Part shown: piece by piece, positions 11,160-24,084 of the stretch
Position numbering within the stretch: position 1 is the stretch's first letter
How the letters are laid out: each line of letters starts with the position of its first letter
DNA from: Octopus bimaculoides
Lineage: Eukaryota
DNA: 52,326 bases
Direction of reading: 5' to 3'
Assembly (NCBI RefSeq): GCF_001194135.2
Contig: NC_068986.1
Location: 81,857,584-81,909,909, forward strand
Position numbers and translations under genes: made by a program
Notes under the pieces: generated by a model
The model's database searches: none
Seen by the model: the letters and a program-made list of their open reading frames with translations, nothing else
Told to the model about the DNA's origin: nothing

Positions 11160-14051
11160 TATGTGTACATATATGCAATGTGTTTCTGCACACTTCCTAT
11201 CTACCAAATTACACTCTGAAGACTTTAATAAACCTGAAGCTACAAGGGAAGACACTTGCTCCAAGTGCCCCATGGTGGGATTGATCCAGGGATCTTGTGA
11301 TTGCAATGTAATGTTCTTAACTGTATATGGCTATACACACTCACTTATACATATTCTACTAAACCTACTAAACAGTCCTAACCTAGTTACTTTGTCTCTT
11401 CTAATTAATCCATTTTCTTTCCTTTCAATCCCAAATCTATAAAAAAATCTTTTCAGGCAATCAAGAATTTTTCATGGAAATCATTTAAGTTGAGAAAGCA
11501 TTCTGTCTTTAAAGTGACCACTATTTAGCTTTCATTCAGCTACTGGTGTCTAAGTGATTAATTCCATTTCATTTCACAGTTGAATTAAGCCACTTGGTAG
11601 TCAGTAGTCTAGCTAGATATAACTTCATGTCTGAATACACTTGATTAACCATCATAGACATTTGAGTGGCTTGCATACTTATTTGTTCACAATTTCAGCT
11701 GTAATGAGGTAGAACGAAGGTGATGGTTGTCCTTACTGCTCCATTTATCTTTGAAAGAAGTTAATAACTAACTGAGATGTAGGACTATGGAAAATTAAAC
11801 AGTCATTATCATATTCTCTGTTATCTACTAAACTTACTAAATGTCTACTATTCTAGACAACATGACTCCCCATTTTAGTGAACTTTTCCATTCTCCACTC
11901 TTCAAAGAGCCATAGGTTGTAATTGTGTGTGTAATAATAATAATAATAATGATGTTATATATTTGTTGTGATAAATATGTCTGTGGTGCATCCAGATTTC
12001 TGTCAACATCTCTTGCTCTTCACTGAGAGACAGCCATGGCATAGCACATTTACCAACAGTGTGTTCAGACTCCTCCACACTTTTCCAACAAACAGGTTAT
12101 TCAGCTGTATCATGGTGAATTTGGTGTCTTCTTTACAACAGGACATTCAGTCAGGCATCTGTGTGTGTGTAGTGTCTCTACACTTCCTCTGTTATAAAAA
12201 CAACACTCGGTTATCTACAGATGTGTGCTTCTTGAGAGAAAATAAACTGTGGTAGTTAGTTTTAAGGTAATTTCCAACAGATTGAATTTCTGGCAGCCTC
12301 TTGCAACTCAGAGGAGGCACCATTTCTCTTGGATTTCCATTGGATCTATTGATTTCATATTGTAGATAGTGATATATGAAATGCACACCTTGACACTATT
12401 ATAAGACTTCATTGCACAGATACAATTTCCTGCAATGTGGATCATGGACCTTGGATGGTCACCATAGTTCTCAAGATATCACGCCTGCCTGTCCATATCA
12501 TGCCTGTAACAGTAATGATTCCCTGAACTCCTTTGTAGCTGCATCATCTGGTGTTGCTCTTTAAAAATTAGTCATTGAAAGATTTACAAAGGAAGAAGGT
12601 GGTTTGGTCAACATTGAATTCAATAGATAACCATAAGTTATGTTTTGTGTGTGTGCATATGTGCGTGCATGCATGCATGAAAAGCTTACATTCTACACAT
12701 CACATGAAAATGCTATAGAGAGTAATGTTTCTTGACATTTCTCTGTTAGCAAATTGTCTTGTAGCTTTGCACTTCCAAAAGCAAATGAAACAAAATCTCC
12801 TGTACTTGAAAAGCAGGTAAAGTGGTTTTAAGTAATAAGAATTGCATTCAGTTGTAAAATAATGCCTCAGTAATATATTTCATCTAACCCATGTTAACAT
12901 GGAAAAACAGATGTAAAAATGAATGAACAAATACTGTATTTTCCAACATAGAAGATGTGCCTTAACATCAAATACTTGTGTTAATAAAGATATTTTGTTG
13001 AGTGGGGAAAAAGCAATTTCCGTATGTTTATCATGTATCTGGTAAATGTATTTTTGAAGGGAAAATATATGATTTTGTGCATGTAAATACAATATATACT
13101 TAATGAAGAACGGAATCATATGTAGTAACATTATATTGACCTTGAAAGGAAAATATATTAAATTTACTGCATGATGAAATGAAATACTCTGGGGATAAGT
13201 GAATGCTGATAGAGGCCAACAAAGAAAATATATCAGTAAAAATTGGTGCCAAGCATGCTGCAAAGTAGAATAAATGTGAATGGATGCCTATAAGTATAGT
13301 AGCTACACTTAATGCAAACAGTTACTTTTAATAAACAGCAAGCAACAATAATAAATATATTCTACTAGAATGTATTCTAACAGAAACTGATATTTCAGTG
13401 AATAATATAAGTTTGGATAGTTCTGTTTATAAATCTGGTGCACAATGACGTTGATTTACTAAATTCATCAATGCCTCTGATTGTATGTTAGTCTTCATCA
13501 TCATTGTCATTTAATGTCCACTTTTCCATGTTTGCATGGGGCAAATGGAATTTGTTGAGGTCAAGTTTTTATGGCCAAATGTCCTTAACTTAAATATTTT
13601 CCCTAAGCTAGACATGTTTTCATGGTAAACTGGAAACAAACAACCTTGCTTGCATGATGTTGATGCTCATTTACAACCTTCATAGGATGTATAGACAAGG
13701 ATACATACACACACATGATGGACTTCTTTCAGTTTCTATCTACCAAATCCACTCACAAGGCGTTGGTTGGCCCAAGGTTATAGTAGAAAGCACTTGCTCA
13801 AGATGGTGTACAGTGGGACTGAAACATGGTTAGGAAGCAAGCTTCTCAGGATAACAAAATGCCCTGCTTCTTGTCTTTAATTCTTTTAGTTTTTGTCATT
13901 GATACTTTTCTAGTCATCAACACTCACCTGTTTCCAAGCATGATAATATTTCCCCATGGCCAGACATGCTTTTTACAGAAGTGTGGAATGAAGGACACTG
14001 TCTATATGATGGTGATACTCATTTACATCTGTCATGTGATGTCAAGGCAAG

Positions 14052-14055
<4 letters not shown>

Positions 14056-14137
<82 letters not shown>
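14056..14137. repeat. (CT)n followed by (CA)n microsatellite
   Basis: Directly visible. Confidence 0.95.
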
Positions 14138-14139
<2 letters not shown>

Positions 14140-14589
14140 TGAGAAACTTCTTTTAGCTTCCAACTACCAAATTCACTCACAAAGCATGTGTGTGTGTGTA
14201 CATTAGAGTATTGGGCTCATGATTAGAAGAATGTAGGTCTAATTCCTGGACCGAGCACTGTTGTTTTCTTTGAGAAGGAAACATGTAAAAGTGAGACAAA
14301 GCAAAAGAGTGAGATATCAAGAAGAAAAAAGCAGAGAATAGCAGAATTTTTTCTGCTTGTCTTCCAGCTGCAGCCAGCAAACACTCTCAACATATTTTCT
14401 CTTGAAGTACTGATGTTTTTACTGCCCTGTGCAGCTGAGATTAAAGACTTGCCTATTCAAAGGGCTTAAAGCTGTCCTCATAGTCTGACAGATTTAGACG
14501 AAAAATGGCTGTTTAGTCAATTTGCATCTTTGTTTTATTGCTGATTCTGGTTTATTTTGTATGGTTATTCAGTACTGAAGAGTAACTAC

Positions 14590-16265
14590 AGCTTTTTAAG
14601 AAGTTTTTATCCTTGGAGCATATTCTTGATCCCTTCTCAAGACCTGAATTTTCTTCTTCATTACTACTCACTTAAAGTTTATTTCTTGCGATTAAAAAGT
14701 AAAGTTTTCATTTATTTATCCATACCAATGCTCTAAAATTTAATCTTAAATATTAAAAAATATTAAAAAAAAAAAGATCATGTAACAAAGTAAAGTAACA
14801 CCAAAATCTTTTGTTAGAATAAAGCTTTGATTCATTTAAAAAACATTTTCGTGCTTTCATTCACCCACAGTATAGCAAAAGAGTCAATTAGCTCAGTTGC
14901 CTTTCTACTTTCCTGAGATTTTGCAACAAGAAGCTTTGAAGAAAAGATGAATATTATTAATCTCAGAAAAAAGAAGCCCAAACTTGAACCAAAATGAGCA
15001 GTATAGAATGTCACCATTATTTTGATTCCAAATATTATGAATAGTATGAGTAGATGATGGGATGGCTACTGCAATTTGCACAATTTGATTACAGCTTTGA
15101 CAAGACACAAAATTCTCAAAACCATCTGAATTCTGTAATTACTCTGAAAACCAATGAATTAATACAGTGATCAATCACCGGAAAGCTGCTTCGATTCTGT
15201 TCCATGATAGATCATTGAAGAAAAATCATGATATATTGGAAAAGGTTAATTCATTGTATTGAAGTTTTGGCCTGTCAAGAATTACCTTTTAGAGGATTCG
15301 ATGAAACAGAAGAATCAAGCAATAAAGATAATTTTCTGGCTAAATGTGAAGCAGTAGCAGAATACAATGACTGTTTAAGATCACATTTAGATTTCATTAA
15401 GAAAAATGCCAACTGCACATGTTCTGGACTTTCAAGTGATATTCTAAATGAGATAACTGTATAGCTACTACAATTGAAGGTGAAATTAAGGAATGATCAT
15501 TAAAACAGTATTTGTTGCTGTTATGTTTGATAAGACTACAGACCTTTGAATGAAATCTGAATTATTACACATTTTGCAATTTCTTGATGAGAATGAAAAG
15601 CCTCAAGAAAAGCTTTTGGAATACATTGATGTCAGTAAAGAGAGAAAAGCTGCATCATTGGCAAAAGTTTGACAGTTTATTAATGAATTTAACTGTGGCC
15701 AAAAACTCATTGCACAAACTTATTATGGAGGGAACATGATGACTGGACATTTTGAATGGAATGCAATAAAGAATAAAGGAGATTTTTGGTGTGAATATCA
15801 TGTTTGTACATTGTTATGCACATTCAATTAATTTGGTACTCTCTCAGTCAGCTTCAAATATTCATGAATGTCAAATTTTCTTCCAAATATGAAAGAGAAT
15901 TTCAACTTTTTTCTCAAAATTAATGGCTTGAATAGCCCTACTGTATGAAATTGTTGGAAGGTGATTTCCAAAGTTATCTGAAACACACTAGGTTTATTCA
16001 TCTTGACAAGTATCTATTTTGTCCAACATAATAACTGTTTTCTGAGGTATCTTCAACAATATTAAAAAACCCAGAGGGTTGGAGTGCTTCAGAATTAGAA
16101 CAGGCATGGGGATTCATTGCAATCTTAGAAGATTTTCAGTTGAAATTTTTGTTAGTGGTTTTTGAAATCATTATTGAGTAGCTCAGAGATTCTGTTTTCA
16201 ATTCTTCAAAAAAGTTTGCTTGATATTTCAAGGTGTATTGATGAGGTTGAAAACCTCAAACACTA
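14590..16265 (+). mobile_element. hAT-superfamily (ZMYM1/DUF4371-like) transposase relic, frameshifted
   Basis: Fragments LIHCIEVLACQELPFRGFDETEESSNKDNFL (15228-15464), FVAVMFDKTTD (first catalytic Asp region, about 15510-15545), QTYYGGNMMTG (YDG motif degenerate) and FVHCYAHSINLVL (CxxH, about 15800-15840). Many stops. Confidence 0.85.
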
Positions 16266-16369
16266 ATTGGATTGCTGTTGTTATAGCCAGTGTAATTGTT
16301 GTATTAATTATGACGTGAGATTAGGCTGGCTGCATATATTACAAATAGAAGCAAAACGTTTGAACATTT

Positions 16370-16865
16370 AATGTGAAATCGTAGTCATGGCCGATACCAG
16401 CAAGTGAGATTGTAGTCATGGCCAATGCCAGTGTTGTGTAACTGGCACATAAAAAACACCCTTCAAACATTGGGTGATATGCTGTGTTTGAGAAGACCTG
16501 TCAAGTTAAGTAAAATCATAGTCATGGCTGATGCCAGTGCTGTTTGACTGATACATGAAAAGCACTGTTCAAACGTTGGGCCTCACAAAAGCAGTGGTAG
16601 GTGTCTGAGACCATGCTTGTATATATGATCTCAAGCTAAGTGAGATCATAGTTGTGGCTGATGCCAGTGTCACATCAATGGCACCTGTCAGTGACACGTA
16701 AAAAGCACCCACTACACTCTTGGATTGGTTGGTGTTAAGAAGGGCATCCAGCCATAGAAACCTTGCCAAATCAGACTGGAGCCTGGTGCATCTCCCTGGC
16801 TTTGTCCAACCCATGCCAGTATGGAAAGCGGACGTTAATCAATGATGATGATGATGATGATGATG
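16370..16865 (+). mobile_element. Composite SINE with internal tandem gtcatggc(c/t)gatgccagtg modules and an RTE-type tail
   Basis: Four repeats of the (g/a)tagtcatggcygatgccag module, followed by the shared tail ending ggaaagcggacgttaatcaatgatgatg. Confidence 0.75.
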
Positions 16866-18854
16866 ATTATTTAAGGGAAGGCTGAACATAAATACATACA
16901 TAAATTACCAATCTTCACTTGTAGAGAGACTAGGACATTGGGATTGACTTAACTGTGTTTGTTTGGCCATTAATCATCTAGAAGATGTGAAACTACTGAA
17001 TCTTGTTGAAGCTTTGTCCTTCATTTGCCTGGCAAGAGCCAAGTTGTATTCTCTACGAGTGCCATGAGAGCTCTGGTTAATTTCTAGTACTAAACTGCTT
17101 AACTGGAAAAAAGGGCTCAAATCTCAAGGACCCTTGAGATGATGTTCTAAATGTTTGTCTGAATGGATGCCTATAAGTTCAGTAGTTGCAGATAATGTTA
17201 GTTCTAGACCTCTTTACAGTATCAAGAACAACAAGTTTGAAGAATTTTATTGCTGGGTTCTGGATGGTGCAAAAAGTTCTTGGTATTATTTATTCACCAT
17301 TACACATTCCATTTCTTGTACAATTTGCATGTACAGTGTTGTAACTCCTATTAACAAACGAAACATGTGTAACGGTGAGTAAATAATTTGATATGTAATC
17401 ATTCGGCAAAAACTATTTTCCAGTATATTTGCCTCACACAATTTTAACATCTACATGCAATTCTGGAGTACTGGAGTGCCCTTCTTATGTGTATGCAGAT
17501 GTACTTTACATATATGTGCGTGTGCGCGCACACACACAGATAAATAGCATAGTAATTGGGTTTCTTACTAAGGTTGGTTAAGATAACACTTCACTGAACA
17601 ATAATTATCACAAAATTACTTAGGAGGTGCTTAGAATTAAATCTCTCTATGGTAATAGGATTTATTTTAGAAAAATCTGTCTCCAATCCACTAAGCTCTT
17701 TCAACAAAATTCAGTTTACTTTGATGCCAAGAAAGATAACTTCACATATAGTTTGTTTACTGAATTAACATCAAAATTGCTTCCTGTAGTAGTGGCAGTG
17801 TGTGCATGTATGTGTATCTCTATAATATTGTATATACAGTTACACACATGTATTAGCATAGAGAGGGAATTTGTGTAAACATAGATTGATATGGTTGTTA
17901 TGTTTTGTTTTGAAGCATGTGTTTGTTTGTGTCTATTGAATACTGTGTGTGTATAAGTGTACTTTTGCATCTGTATACAAGTTTTTGTGTTTACTGTGAT
18001 GAACTTGTACATACATGCAAATTTGTATGTTTGTGTGTCTATAACTATACAATTTAAGCTTCACACAACATAGAGCTGAAACAAAAAATTCCACAGATAA
18101 TCTGATTTTTGTGCTGAAATAACAAAGAATTTCACAGATAATCTCATTGTTCTGTTCCTGCTTCTTGAAACAACAATCTGATTTCTAATCTCTGTAGCAT
18201 TGTCATACCAAATACTGGCTTTAGTGGTAAAATGTGTATATACATAATCTTACATTAATGAAGATCATTATTGTATAAATAGTAAATAACATTTCTCTGT
18301 AAGAGACCTTAAAATAACCAAAGCCCCTTCTGGATATCAGGTGGTGGGCTGTGTATTTAGTGTCTAGTCATTTTTGACATAATATATCCCTATTTTTGTC
18401 TTTCTAAGTTAGTGTGATTTAAGGAGATTTAGCTACTGTTTTTAAATTAACTCTTAGAGGCTCTTTAATGTCTTATGACATTCTGTTGACAGACAGTGAA
18501 ATAGAAATGATCTCAAATGTTATCAGCAGCACCTAACCATCATTTAATCATTTGGTTTACATTGATATATGTGTTTGGATGTGTTTGATTTTTGTGTTTT
18601 AAGTCCATGCAGCAGGTTTTAGAGCTGAAATCCATTTGTAGTTTTTATTATTTAAAGATCACTCTACAGCCACTAGATTGTCCCCAGTTGCCAAATCCCC
18701 AATCCTATTACCACCAGATCATCTTATTGTATCAATCTCTATTTTATTATTAAGTAGCTATGTTATCTTTTTTACTCTATATCATATTCTATTGTTGTTT
18801 TTACTGGAGGTGCTGTGTGAAATATACAAATAAGGAAATGTATATATAGGTACA

Positions 18855-19156
18855 GGGTGTGGCTGTGTGGTAAGAAGCTTGCTTCCCAACCACATGGTTC
18901 CAGGTTCAGTCCCACTGCTTGGTATCTTGGGTAAGTGCCTTCTACTATAGCCTCGGGCCAACCAAAGCCTTGTAAGAGGATTTGGTAGACCGGAAATTGA
19001 AAGTAGTCGTGTGTCTGTGTTTGCCCCCCCCCCATTATTTGACAACCAATGTTGGTGTGTTTACATCCCTGTAGCTTAGCAGTTCAGCAAAAGAGACTGA
19101 TAGAATAAGTACTAGGCTTACAAAGAATGTCCTGGGGTTGATTTGTTTGACTAGAG
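18855..19156 (+). mobile_element. tRNA-head SINE (sense), runs into a gap
   Basis: gtggctgtgtggtaagaagcttgcttcccaaccacatggttccaggttcagtcccactg... head, the reverse complement of the 3960 family. Confidence 0.8.
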
Positions 19157-19961
19157 NNNNNNNNNNNNNNNNNNNNNNNNNNNNNNNNNNNNNNNNNNNN
19201 NNNNNNNNNNNNNNNNNNNNNNNNNNNNNNNNNNNNNNNNNNNNNNNNNNNNNNNNNNNNNNNNNNNNNNNNNNNNNNNNNNNNNNNNNNNNNNNNNNNN
19301 NNNNNNNNNNNNNNNNNNNNNNNNNNNNNNNNNNNNNNNNNNNNNNNNNNNNNNNNNNNNNNNNNNNNNNNNNNNNNNNNNNNNNNNNNNNNNNNNNNNN
19401 NNNNNNNNNNNNNNNNNNNNNNNNNNNNNNNNNNNNNNNNNNNNNNNNNNNNNNNNNNNNNNNNNNNNNNNNNNNNNNNNNNNNNNNNNNNNNNNNNNNN
19501 NNNNNNNNNNNNNNNNNNNNNNNNNNNNNNNNNNNNNNNNNNNNNNNNNNNNNNNNNNNNNNNNNNNNNNNNNNNNNNNNNNNNNNNNNNNNNNNNNNNN
19601 NNNNNNNNNNNNNNNNNNNNNNNNNNNNNNNNNNNNNNNNNNNNNNNNNNNNNNNNNNNNNNNNNNNNNNNNNNNNNNNNNNNNNNNNNNNNNNNNNNNN
19701 NNNNNNNNNNNNNNNNNNNNNNNNNNNNNNNNNNNNNNNNNNNNNNNNNNNNNNNNNNNNNNNNNNNNNNNNNNNNNNNNNNNNNNNNNNNNNNNNNNNN
19801 NNNNNNNNNNNNNNNNNNNNNNNNNNNNNNNNNNNNNNNNNNAATCACTACTATTCTTGTAAAAGCAAAATGTATATGTACTCTACGAAAAGTATTCAGT
19901 AATCCTTCAATTAAATGTTAAACTGATTTTATTATAACTCAACATTAAAAAAAACAATAAT

Positions 19962-20012
<51 letters not shown>

Positions 20013-21975
20013 GAGGCACCATCAACCAAATTCCATTCACAATATATTGGTCAAAGTGTAGCTATAATAGTAGATATTAACCTGAGGGAGATGTCATGCT
20101 CTTGGATTGTCTATGGAGTGATGTGGTTGTGAAATGAACCTGTTAACCACTCGGCTATGTCTATATGTGTTATGTGTAGGTAGATACAGATAACCTACAG
20201 TCATTTAATTGTGGTCATAGAAGTAAAGATGTGAAGATTGAGGTTGTTGTTGTTGTTGAGATGGAGGAGGAGGAGGAGTAAAAGGTGGATTTAATTATAT
20301 AAGAAATGAGAGTCTATTGTTATCATAACACTGTGCTTGAAATAAGTAAAACACACAGCATGTCTGTTAAGACTGGCCTCTGTCTGTCTGTCTTGTATAG
20401 TCTGTAATGATCCAGCAAACAATAAGACTATCTTCACCCCACACCTTACAACCTAACACCAACTTATTCTATAGTCTGTCATCAGTTTGTGACTGACACC
20501 CAGGAGCATTCCTTTGTTCATGCTTCTCCACCACCACTACCACTGACTGCAAACTTTAGAAGAAGAAGAATGGTTCAGCTGATGGAATTATTGCAACTAG
20601 ATTTGATGCAGTTGTTATTGAAATGTTGTCAAAACCGGAATTGTGGAGCATGTCTTCCGGAAGATGGAAAGAAATATTTCTCTGCTGTCACTTCATGTGA
20701 AAGCTTGCATGTAAACCAAGTGCAGGAATATGTCTACAAAGAAATTATTCATTTGATTGCATTGATTACATAATTTAGTGATCCACAGCTCTTAACCATT
20801 TCAGTAACATACCAACCATACACAAAAGATAGCTGAACAGCCAGCAGTTATTATTTATTAATGTAACACCTAAAATAACATATTGTATGGTATTTTTAAT
20901 GAGGGAATATTATAAATGGTGAAAATCTTTAGTAATGAATTATTAATTTATACAGTAACATAGTGTAGCAACATGTAACCACTCCTGTCTAGACATCTGG
21001 GTAGGATAGATGGACAGCTAGATGTGGTTGTTACAGAATATAGTGAAGTGGATTCCAGCCAGTTAACCCAGATTAGCCCACATTAACCTCTTGCCAAAAT
21101 ATATCAGGGATTTAAGTGGGCTAATCTGGTCTATACCCTAGCATTTATTCTGGACTATTCTCATTTATGCCCCACCATATAAAACAAGCTAAACCAAAAT
21201 ACACCTCTTATATTCCGTATTATACCTACCTCCTTTTAATAAATATGTCTGTATTTCAATGTCCAGAGGATTTTTTCGTCCATCATAATTTATATATTTT
21301 GGTCTCAGCCACACTATATCTCTTTGGTACAGATTATACTTCTTTGTGTTCTTCATAAATAAGGTAACTGGAGGAATAATGGATTTATTATTAATCAATA
21401 AAATACAATTACAGTTTTATGAATTGGTAAAGCATTAAGAAATAGCAGTCACAATATTGAGATGAGACAAAAGATTTGGCTTAAGACAGACTTCAGAAAA
21501 TCAAATTAGATAGGTTTAAAAATGAGGTGTGGAATGGTATTACCCCACTAGGACCAGGACAAGTGAATTCAGGTTTTGTTGGAGAGGTAGGTTGTTTCAG
21601 AATGACCAAAAATGAAACAAGTCAGGCTGTCATGAGAGAGAGTGTGTGTGTGTGTGTCGAATGAATATATAAACTAGAGTGGATATATAAAGTGAAATTA
21701 TGAATATGTCTGCTTCTTGAAATGAAGAAAGAACCACAGCAAAATCAATGAATCATAAATACAAAAGTGTTAAATATTGAATGGTAAATCTGTATCAAAT
21801 ATGTATAGAGTGTTTCTAATGTGTTGGTCCTTATTTTCAAATGTCATCTGTGTATGTATTGCCTCAATTGTGCCTTTCCAGTCTTTTCCACATGTCTTCT
21901 TCATCAATAGTGGTGCAAGAATACTGTATTTCCCAATAATCTGTTGATATTAAATATGTTTTCTCTCTTTTTCAG

Positions 21976-22035
21976 GCTAAAAACGATGTCAAGCTTTGGG
22001 GTATTGACAGGGACAGTTACCGTCGTATTCTTATG
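21976..22035 (+). CDS. PRKAR1: PKA RI exon (60 nt, phase 0/0)
   Basis: Acceptor ttctctctttttcag|GCTAAA and donor CTTATG|gtaagt. Translates [20 protein letters not shown] (RIalpha [20 protein letters not shown]). Too short for the ORF track. Confidence 0.97.
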
Positions 22036-23449
22036 GTAAGTTGCGACATTATTGTGTGGTTTTTGGCTTTAAAACATGCATATATTCAACAACATATATT
22101 TACAAACTTATGCATATCCTCAAAAGTAGCAATACGTCCATATGTTCAACAACATATAACATACAAATACACAAGTATTCAACACATACGTGCATACACT
22201 GTTTTTATCTTTAAAATGGAGAGGCCCATTGTGCATACATTTAGTGCCCATCTCATACCTGCTGACCATTGATGCAGTGAAGCAGAAATATTGAAAATGA
22301 AAGACAACCAGGATTTGAGGGATGTAGGTTGATGCCATCATAAACTTCAGTCCTCATAGTGAAACTTTATGCAATCACTAGAAATAGTAGCCAAATATCC
22401 TCTACAACATAAAAAAAGAATAATGTAGTTCCAATGTTTAAGGAAAACACAAGAGTATCATGACTGGAATGCGTTTGATTCCAGATCTTCTCAATCAAGA
22501 CTGACCTGGGGTTAAACAACAGGACTAGCCCTTACACTACATATACAACTATCTCTGGATTCACAACATCCCAAACATAATGATAATACCATCTTAAAAT
22601 CATTATTGTTCCCCAGTCTCCCGAGACAAACATTAAAAATCTTCAAACATAGAAATGGCAGCAGCTTCATTGGTTTAAAGCTCTGCTGGCATGTACAATA
22701 CCAATCTTGCTGATATGTACAGTAACTAAGACACTATAGATGTACAAAAACAGCCTGGGCACTGGAAGAAAAGACTCTATAAAATTTTGGCACTACACCC
22801 TGTATAATAAATCATTACATTTTGGAGTGCTTTTCCATTGAGGTATAGAATATCACAAGTAATAGATCTGATTGTTTCATTGACGACTATGTATGTACCA
22901 CAATTCTTGTGGATCAGAGATCTGCTTGAAACAATAAAGTAACATCATGACAGTAAGTTTCTAGTTATGATGGTTTCAAATGTTGGAACAGGGCCAGCAG
23001 TTTTTAGGAGAGGGAAAAAGTTGATAACATCAATTTCAAAAGGATGAAAAATAAAGTTGATTTTAACCGCATTTGAATTCAAAACATAAACAACTAGGAG
23101 AAATGCTGATAAGCATTTTGTTCAACGTGGTAACAGTTCTACCTATACACCACCTTACTAGTTATAATGCATTTAAAACCATATAATGTAGGCTACATGC
23201 ACGCGTGTGTGTGTGTGTGTGTGTAGAAGGAAAGAGATGAGTCTGTTATATCTATGCACATATACAACAATGTATGCAATTTCTCTCACCATTTCTTAAC
23301 CCCTCCCTTTCTCTATATCAAATCAAATGTTCAAGATCTGTTGATAATTTCATGCCGCATGCATTCTTGTTGGTAACTATAAGCAACATGTGTCCAACAT
23401 GTTGACAACTTCAGGTTATGCCCACCATGTTAAATTACTGCTGGTAATT

Positions 23450-23640
23450 TACGATGTGGGTGACAAGACCATAACCCATACCACCCAATATTTTAAACAT
23501 CTCACTGGTGATTCCTGATGAGCCAGGTGCTTTCCCTATCTTCATATCCTTAATTGCTTTATCTACCAGGGTACTGTCAATTTGGGTGGCTGGTCCCTCA
23601 ATTGGGTCAACCTTTGGCAGACTCTTCTTGTGTCTACTAT
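23450..23640 (-). mobile_element. Short RTE LINE fragment
   Basis: gattcctgatgagccaggtgctttccctatcttcatatccttaattgctttatct is nearly identical to 37384-37438 in the long RTE relic, and its reverse complement encodes the KAIKDMKIGKAPGSSGIT motif. Confidence 0.7.
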
Positions 23641-23898
23641 TTCAGTAACTGAAATAACTAATATTTTAATGCTATTTCAGTTTACCAGTATGTACCCCAC
23701 ATGTTGATAAATTCTAGTTACATGTGGCCTACCATGTTGACTTTAGGCTACATGAGTTATTTTTGTTGATAATTTCAAGCTGCATGTGTCTGTGGCTTTC
23801 TTTACTAACATCAGGTCAGATGTATCTATTTACCTTAATCTTTGTTACATTGTTTTAGTGGATATGACAGGATGTAAATAATTTAATTCTATTTACAG

Positions 23899-23959
23899 GG
23901 CAGCACTATAAGGAAAAGGAAAATGTATGATGAGTTTCTTTGCAAAGTGTCCATACTGG
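23899..23959 (+). CDS. PRKAR1: PKA RI exon (61 nt, phase 0/1): B/C helix
   Basis: Acceptor ttctatttacag|GGCAGC and donor CTGG|gtgagt. Translates GSTIRKRKMYDEFLCKVSIL plus one G; same size as I recall for human PRKAR1A exon 8. Confidence 0.96.
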
Positions 23960-24084
23960 GTGAGTAATATATTTTTAATGTTCTACAATACAGTTAACCT
24001 ATGTTGAGTGATATTAATGTTGTAAAAATATATAATTAATATATTTATGGTGGGTGACTATGATATTTGTGTTGTGGTAATATA

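Noticed and set aside
16380-16680. Regularly spaced about 20-bp repeats with unique spacers (also 47760-47935), superficially CRISPR-like
   Set aside because: Eukaryotic context, spacers share further sequence, no cas genes, and both arrays lie inside copies of the same SINE family.
18855-18930. tRNA-like sequence with A/B-box resemblance
   Set aside because: It is the head of a dispersed SINE, with several decayed copies in this window; no complete cloverleaf.
20489-20773. 94-aa ORF with non-repetitive composition in the long intron
   Set aside because: No recognisable domain, no true ATG context or consistent splice signals; may be an old TE or retrocopy.
23941-23943. Cys (TGC) in FLCKVSIL where vertebrate RI has Ser
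   Set aside because: As I recall, this position varies among invertebrates; there is no evidence here of a redox role.
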